This document shows positions 57,706 through 64,000 of a stretch of DNA of 64,000 nt, piece by piece. A model generated the notes under the pieces. It did not search any database, was not told where the DNA came from, and was given only the letters and a program-made list of their open reading frames with translations. The DNA is taken from contig OZ025670.1 in assembly GCA_964019335.1 (NCBI GenBank), positions 634,221 through 698,220 on the forward strand, in the 5' to 3' direction. Both the position numbers and the translations under genes were made by a program. Positions within the stretch are counted from its first letter, which is position 1. The number at the start of each line of letters is the position of its first letter. Origin of the DNA: Diplonema japonicum (taxonomy: Eukaryota > Protista > Euglenozoa: Diplonemea).

Positions 57706-60420
57706 GTGGCTACTTGACTCCCCGACAACGATGGTAGAGGGACTTCACCCCGCCCAGGCTGGCTTCAGGAAAGGGAGGTCCACCGAGGAGCAGGTTGCCG
57801 CCATCGTGCAGCATGTGACGATAAAAAGGAACGCCGAAGTTAAGGAGGCATGCCTCACCATACTCTTTGACTTCTCAAAGGCGTTCGACAGGGTCAACCA
57901 CGAGGCACTCATTCAGAAGATGTCTCAGAAGCGCTTCCCTACGGCCTACACCAGGTGGGTTTCCTCCTTCCTAACGTCCAGAACAGCGAGGATAGTCGTG
58001 GAGGGTGTCAAGGGGACCCCTTACAAAATCAAGAGTGGCGTGCCTCAAGGTTCTGTACTCGGTCCAGTGCTGTTCACCATCTTCGTGGACGACCTAGCGA
58101 GGGAACTTGAGGGTCTGGCTGGGCTCTCCACGATCTACGCGGACGACGTCGCGGTAGTAGTCTCTGCCACAACAAGGACTGAGCTCGAGGCCAGGGCCAC
58201 GGCGGTAGTGGGTGCAGTCGAAGACTGGTGTACACGATGGGGGATGCAGTTGAGCAGGGAGAAGACGCTGTACGTCCCCACCCCCAAATGCGAACCGTAC
58301 GACTTCCACGTCTACTACCCCTCGACCGGGGCGACGCATCCGGGCTTCGAATTCCAGCCGCTGGAGCTCAAGGGCCGACTCATCGCCGGGGGACCTACTC
58401 ACCTGATCGGGAGGAGGCTCCTGTCCGTTAACCGCACGGCCACGACACGACGCGACGTCTCTGCACTCGTCTCCAAAGGGCTGGTGTATGAATTCTCCAC
58501 GGCCGTCCCCGTTGCGAGGCGTGATAGGGCCAAGTATCTAGGGGTCATCCTTGACGCTGGCTTGTCTTTCGGTGCCCATGCCCGCGACATCATCGAGAGA
58601 TACGACAAACGAATTCGCATACTGCGGCTCCTCTCCGGCTCGTCCTGGGGCAGTTCAGCAGCATCACTCAGGTCCTTGTACCTGGCCTACGTCCTACCGG
58701 TGTTCACCTACTCGATTGGCATCTTCTTCGCACTGATGTCTGCTCAAGACAGGAAGGCACTGTGCATGAGGCACGATGAGGCAGCCCGACGAATCACGGG
58801 GTGCGTCAAGAACACCTCCACCTCGGCTGTACTGTGTGAGGCCCGCTTGCGCCCGCTCGACCTGATGGCCGACGCTGCTTCTGCCATTCTACTGCAGAGG
58901 GCACTGAGGTGGGTGGGAACCCCGGTGAACAGGGTGGTCAGGGGTGCAGCTACCGCAGGATGGGCCTTGGGAGCGCTGAAGGCGACGAGGAGTTCTGGGC
59001 TGAGTGCGGTTGCTTCCCTACCGCTAGGGCCTGATACGAGAGCCCCCCCCTGGGCGGAAGGCATCCACGTCGATCCCTACGCCACCGACACCAGGAGGAC
59101 ACTCCCCGACGATGTGAGGGCGGCAGCGGCTGCGGAAAAGCTGGACGAGATCCCAAGCGGCGCTCTGGTAGTGTACACGGACGGCTCGGTGATAAGGGGG
59201 AGAGGGGGAGCTGGGGTTGCCCTCAGAGTCCCCGACATGGACCTCACCCTTACCACCTCTCACGGGGCCGGCATGGTCTCCACACCCATGTGCGCCGAGG
59301 GCACCGCTATCCTGATGGGGTTGAAGGAGGCTGCGGAGGTGTACAAAACGGTCGTGAACCTGAGGGGCCGCCCTCTCTACCTGCTGACCGACTCACAGAC
59401 GATGCTGCGGAGGCTCGCTGGAGGCCCCGGACAGCAGAGGGAGTCCACGGACAGACGGATCTGGGATGCCGCTTCCTGGCTCAGGGCCAAACGCTCTGGT
59501 GATGTGCACTTCTGGTACATCCCCTCCCACTGCGGTGTGACGGGGAACGAGCTCGCCGACGGAGCGGCCAGGGACGGGCTGTCGAAGTCGCCTTGCGGGG
59601 TTAGCTACCGCTCCAGCAAGGCGGCCATAAAAGCGTGGCTGAGAGGAAGGTCGCGTGCGAGATACAACAGCGACTCCCCCGGCCACCACCGCCTCGTCAC
59701 CGGTGGCGAATGTCTCTCTCTCCCACCACTCAGTAGGAGGGATGAGGTCCTGATCATTCGGCTCCGGACCGGACACACGCCTTTGAATAGGGGGTACCTC
59801 CAGCTCAAGGGACCCCTGAGGGCTGAGGGGAGTCATCACCTCACCTGCCCCGCCTGCAACGTTCAATCACCGCTCGACGCTGATCACCTGCTGAGGGGCT
59901 GTCATTCTCTGGCTCCCACAGCTAAGTCCTTCTACGACACTGGGCTGCCGCTCCGCGCGCTGCTTTCCAAGCACTCCGCCGAGGTCTGCGCCTTCATCGA
60001 GGCCTCCGGGCTCTTATCATGGTCTGAGTGTGGGATCTTCCCCCCGGCCGACGCAGCACAAGGGTGATCGTGAGCCCATTATAGACCCCCCCCCTACCCC
60101 TTTGTCCCCCCCCCCCCCCCCCCCCCACACACACACACTCACACGCAAATGGGCCAAGAAACAACCTCCCGGGAGGCAGCCACAGGGAAGGCCGGGAGGG
60201 CGCAGGGCGCAGCAAGAGAACGCCCCTGCGTTCAGCCTCGAGGGGACCGCCCCGAATGTAATCAGCCAGGTCGGCTGTCCCAGGAAGGGGGAACGGAGCA
60301 CCGAAGGGAAGGTTCAGCCCACGTGGTGGCCCTCTCGGTTACTCCAGACAAAAGACTGGACACACCCCACACCCCTCCCCCCACCCCCAGTTTCCCCCCA
60401 GTGGTTATTATTGCAAAAAA
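57706..60420 (+). mobile_element. Element G: 5'-truncated Ingi/I-group-like non-LTR retrotransposon (RT, RNase H, CCHC; stop at 60067)
   Basis: QAGFRKGRST, DFSKAFD, GVPQGSVLGP, YADD, VYTDGS, SHCGVTGNELAD, RLRTGH, CPAC..H...C. A tail. TSD aaagtgt at 57699-57705 and 60421-60427. Confidence 0.92.
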
Positions 60421-60444
60421 AAAGTGTATCCCCCGCCGCTGATT

Positions 60445-60480
<36 letters not shown>

Positions 60481-60488
60481 AAAGAATC

Positions 60489-62714
60489 ATGTCGACCTCC
60501 AACAAGAAGAAAAAGAGGCCCGCTCACCACAAGTCCAGGACGGAAGAAATCCTGGAGAAAGCCCGCGGTGAGCGGGTAAAGGACAACGCCGCCGCCAGGG
60601 CGAAGCGCACGCGCGAGGAGGTGGAGAGGAAGCGCGCAGAGGGGGTCACGCCGGTGGTGACACCCTCCCCCGGGCAAGGGAAGAAGGCGGCCAGAAGGGC
60701 CAGACAGAAGGCAGCAGCTGCTGACGCTGCCACCGCCGCCGCTTCGGGCTCCGACGACTCTGTCGTCTTAATTAGCGAGTCGCCGGGCGTTGTCACCTCG
60801 TTCACGGTCGACACGCCAGAGGTCAGGAGGGCGAGGATGAGGACTGCTGCCGCCGACACCACTGCCACTGCTCCTGCACCTGCTGCTGCCAACACCACTG
60901 CTCCTGCACCTGCTGCCGACTCCCCTGCTCCTGCACCTGCTGCTGCCGACACCACTGCTCCTGCGCCTGCTGCTGCCGACTCCCCTGCTCCTGCGCCTGC
61001 TCCAGCCTCTACTGCTGCCGTGTGGTCTGCTGCCGTCCTCACTGCCGCTGCCTGCGACACCGCCCTCCCCATGTCGGACTCTGACACCGACGAGAAGGAC
61101 ACGGCCCCCGCTCCCGCACCGGCCCCGGAGCCTCACTGGGATCTGGTCCCCGACACGTGGGACGCCCCCATCTACACCAACACTGCTCCCCCTGAGGAGG
61201 TGCCCCGCGCCGTCGTCGCTCTCGACGACCTCCAGCAGGTGGACGCGATTCGCACTGCGAGGCCCACGGCCTCCCTGACCTTCGTCCTCTTGACGGAGGT
61301 TGCCGGTTCGACCACCCCATGCACCGTCATCGTACTCGCCGGCCAGCGTGTCGTGCACAAGGCCGTGCACACCTTCTCGGTCGGGTCGAACCCCCCCTCC
61401 TACACCCCACTCGCTTCTTTTGATGGCGGCTCTGAGGTAGTGTACGTCAGCGTGAAAGCTGACAGCGTGAACGCGGCGAAGGCCAGGGTTCGGGACCTCG
61501 TCGCGACCCAGGGCGTGGCGGTGGAGGAGCAGGCGATCTTCCGCCCGAAGAAGATCGACGGGAACGAGCCGCGGGCGCGGCACTGGAGCCACGAGGTGGG
61601 CCTGCGGCTCCCGGCGGCATCCGTCCATGCGGTACTCCGGGCCTCGGGCGACGGCTGCATGGTCAGGACGACCGAGCGGCGCGGGGGGTACACCTACGTG
61701 CCCATCGTAGCGGAGGGGAGGGCGGAGGCCTTCCAGCTGGCGAAGGCACTGGGCGGGTTGTCCCTGGGGGTGGCCCATCGCAAGGGTTGGACCGTGAGGT
61801 GCCTGCCGGAGACGGAGCAGCGTCTGAGGGAGGCCCTCGCCAAGCAGAGGACAAAGCGTCGGTACCTGCTCACCGGAGCCCCGCTGTCTGTTACCAGGGC
61901 AGCCTTCGACGGGATGATGGACCACATCGGTTGGAAGCCGTCGTCCATCATCCGACGCTCTGACACGGCGTTCCAGGGCACGAGGCAACTCGTGTTCTTC
62001 ATCGTCGCCGACGCCCCGCCCCCCAAGGCCAGGACATGGCTCTTCGGCTCTCGTCTCGTTCGACTGCACGACGCGGAAGACCACCCGAGCGTCACGCTCC
62101 CGCCCCGCACCAACAAGAAGGCCCCACCCGCGGCTCGGACGCCGGTTGCGGCAACCACGGCCCAGACGCCGACGCCGGCCCCTGGCCCCACGGTGCAGTC
62201 CACAGGGCTGCCGAGCACCAATCCGTGGTCATCTCCACCGAGCTCGGTTGCCCCTCCGCCACTTGGCACTGTGACTCCGGTCTCCTCTGCGGCTTCCCCG
62301 ACCACGACACCTCCCCGTGACTCCCAGAAGAAGAATCCCGCACCGGAACCAGAGGTCCCGGCGCTCCTCGCGCTGATCCAGTCGATGCAGGCGACCATCG
62401 ACGGTCTGCAGGCGACGGTCCGCGACCTCCAGGAGAGGATGGCAGCGTCACTTGGCGCGCCGGCGTCATCTGCAGACGGAGCTGGGCGGACGGCAGTGGC
62501 TGGGAAGGGCAAGGGCGGCAAGGCTGGGTCCAAGGCAGGGACGAAGGGGCACCAGGCGCAGGGCGTAAGCACGCCAGGCCCCTACCCGACATCGACGGAG
62601 CAAGGGGGCGGAAGGGGACGCGCCCAGTCGCTGGCTGGCGACTCTGCTTCCCCCAACGGGGCCGGCCGTGGACGGGCAGCCTCTGTGGGCCCGGCCCCCG
62701 CCCCTGCCAATTGA
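60489..62714 (+). CDS. Element F ORF1 (741 aa; basic N-terminus, Ala/Pro/Thr repeats, coiled coil)
   Basis: ATG follows a (GA)n tract. The ORF directly precedes the APE ORF, and a second decayed copy lies at 52290. Confidence 0.75.
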   Translation: MSTSNKKKKRPAHHKSRTEEILEKARGERVKDNAAARAKRTREEVERKRAEGVTPVVTPSPGQGKKAARRARQKAAAADAATAAASGSDDSVVLISESPGVVTSFTVDTPEVRRARMRTAAADTTATAPAPAAANTTAPAPAADSPAPAPAAADTTAPAPAAADSPAPAPAPASTAAVWSAAVLTAAACDTALPMSDSDTDEKDTAPAPAPAPEPHWDLVPDTWDAPIYTNTAPPEEVPRAVVALDDLQQVDAIRTARPTASLTFVLLTEVAGSTTPCTVIVLAGQRVVHKAVHTFSVGSNPPSYTPLASFDGGSEVVYVSVKADSVNAAKARVRDLVATQGVAVEEQAIFRPKKIDGNEPRARHWSHEVGLRLPAASVHAVLRASGDGCMVRTTERRGGYTYVPIVAEGRAEAFQLAKALGGLSLGVAHRKGWTVRCLPETEQRLREALAKQRTKRRYLLTGAPLSVTRAAFDGMMDHIGWKPSSIIRRSDTAFQGTRQLVFFIVADAPPPKARTWLFGSRLVRLHDAEDHPSVTLPPRTNKKAPPAARTPVAATTAQTPTPAPGPTVQSTGLPSTNPWSSPPSSVAPPPLGTVTPVSSAASPTTTPPRDSQKKNPAPEPEVPALLALIQSMQATIDGLQATVRDLQERMAASLGAPASSADGAGRTAVAGKGKGGKAGSKAGTKGHQAQGVSTPGPYPTSTEQGGGRGRAQSLAGDSASPNGAGRGRAASVGPAPAPAN
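60845..61010 (+). repeat. Imperfect 27-36-bp coding tandem repeat ((A)ADT/SPAPAPA)
   Basis: gccgac(accact/tcccct)gctcctgc(a/g)cctgct is repeated about five times. Confidence 0.8.
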
Positions 62715-62855
62715 AGGGGTCCCGCTGAGCAGGGGGGGCGTCAGATCGACGACCACGCCCCCTCTCCTGGTCTCCCGCGCATACAGCCGAGGAGACACCT
62801 TCCACATCACTTGTACGACGTCCTCCCTTCCTTGATCCCTTCCTTACTTGAACGG

Positions 62856-64000
62856 ATGTCGGCCAGGGACCTGCTGGGGCTGCTTGGGCTGGTTGAGACG
62901 AACCCCGGTCCACCTAAGAAGCTCCCACCCCCGAAGCCGAAGGGACTCAGGGTCCTGTCCTGGAACTGCAACGGTCTTGCCGCCAAGTGGTCAACCGTGT
63001 CCTACCACGCTGTCCTACTGACGCTGGATATCATTATGATCCAGGAGACACACCTTAGGGAGGGGCATGAGACACCATACCTGCCTGGATACACGTCCTA
63101 CAGGAGGGACCGCACAACACCGGTGACGGACGGCTCTGCGACGAGAGGCGGTGGTGTCATCACGTATGTCCGTGACTGCCTTGCCTCGGAGGAAGCTCCT
63201 TTCGTACTCCCTGAAGGTGACAGTGTCACTGAGCGATTAGACGTGAGGATCTCCTGTGTGAAGCGCGTCCCGGTCACCCTCTCCAACGTGTACCTCACGC
63301 CTGTGAGTATAAGCAGAGGAACAAGGGACCCCGAGTACCTACGGCCGGGCAGCCTACCTGTGGGGAAGAACACGATCGTTGCTGGCGACTTCAACGCACA
63401 CCACAGCTCTTGGGATGCCAAGGTGACAACGCCCAACGAAAGGGGGAACGTGGTCAGGGACTGGCTTGACACCCACGGCTACACCGTCTACAACAACCGA
63501 GACGAGCCGACGCGGGACTCACCGCCACGCGTTCTGGACCTGGTGGTGGGACGTTGTGCGGAACTGGAGCCGAGGACGTTGGGGACGTGGGGCTCTGATC
63601 ACAGCCCGGTTTCCTTCCGCCTGCCGCTTGAGGACGCCTACTGCTCGGAGCGACCCTGCCCTACCTGGAACTTCAAAAAGGCCAGGTGGGACGACTTCAC
63701 CGCGGCCGCCGCTGCCCTTCTGACCAAGATCGACACGAAGGCCCACATTGACTCCTTCACGAAGGAGGTTACAGAGGCTCTTCTGCATGCAGCTGACGAC
63801 CACATTCCGCTTTGCGGAGTGCGACGAGGCCCGACCCCCTGGTGGACGGCCGAACTCGAAGACGCCTTCGAAGAACGGAACGCCCTGCGGGATCGCTTCC
63901 TCAAGTCGGCTGAGACTGAGGACGACAGCGTGGCGGCGGTCTACAAGGCGAAGGTCAAGGAGGTAAACCAACTCATGACCGAGTCGAAGCGCGCGGCCTG
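62856..64000 (+). CDS. Element F ORF2 N-terminus: 2A-like motif and AP endonuclease; continues past the window end
   Basis: Absent from the ORF track because it has no stop in the window. Translates to LVETNPGP, SWNCNG, IQETH, GGGV, GDFNAHH, GSDH and WNFKKARWDDF. Confidence 0.92.
   Translation, partial: MSARDLLGLLGLVETNPGPPKKLPPPKPKGLRVLSWNCNGLAAKWSTVSYHAVLLTLDIIMIQETHLREGHETPYLPGYTSYRRDRTTPVTDGSATRGGGVITYVRDCLASEEAPFVLPEGDSVTERLDVRISCVKRVPVTLSNVYLTPVSISRGTRDPEYLRPGSLPVGKNTIVAGDFNAHHSSWDAKVTTPNERGNVVRDWLDTHGYTVYNNRDEPTRDSPPRVLDLVVGRCAELEPRTLGTWGSDHSPVSFRLPLEDAYCSERPCPTWNFKKARWDDFTAAAAALLTKIDTKAHIDSFTKEVTEALLHAADDHIPLCGVRRGPTPWWTAELEDAFEERNALRDRFLKSAETEDDSVAAVYKAKVKEVNQLMTESKRAA

Noticed and set aside
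60030-60488. N-terminal extension of the 894-aa ORF
   Set aside because: It runs through the G 3' UTR, A tail, TSD and (GA)n tract. The plausible start is the ATG at 60489.

Overview
Eukaryotic DNA, most likely a euglenozoan of the diplonemid type (inference). Positions 1-48.7 kb hold about 30 tightly packed genes, all on the + strand, with about 31 very short (31-54 nt) GT-AG introns. This fits a polycistronic, trans-spliced unit. Recognisable genes include a GH116 glycosidase, UTP23, SF3A3, an SNF2/BRM-like ATPase, UBFD1, ARL1, thioredoxin, a PIERCE-like protein, ASF1, GEMIN5, a macrodomain protein, an RluA-like protein, a PPR protein, a BRCT protein, TEX9 and an SRCR-GH89 fusion. Positions 48.7-64 kb form a mobile-element nest around two divergent tRNA genes, Ser-AGA (- strand) and Pro-AGG (+ strand). 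Four independent insertions of Ingi/I-group-like non-LTR elements or their non-autonomous relatives end about 12-15 nt upstream of a tRNA 5' end. All four are co-oriented with the tRNA, three retain target-site duplications (TSDs), and the two target sequences are unrelated. This suggests position-specific targeting of tRNA genes. One insertion is a composite of a tRNA-derived Pol III head and a near-canonical HDV-like ribozyme. A further element has ORF1 and ORF2 in the same frame, separated by one TGA, a stem-loop and a 2A-like motif. Two copies of a Helentron/HINE-like element are also present. All calls were made by eye, without database searches.
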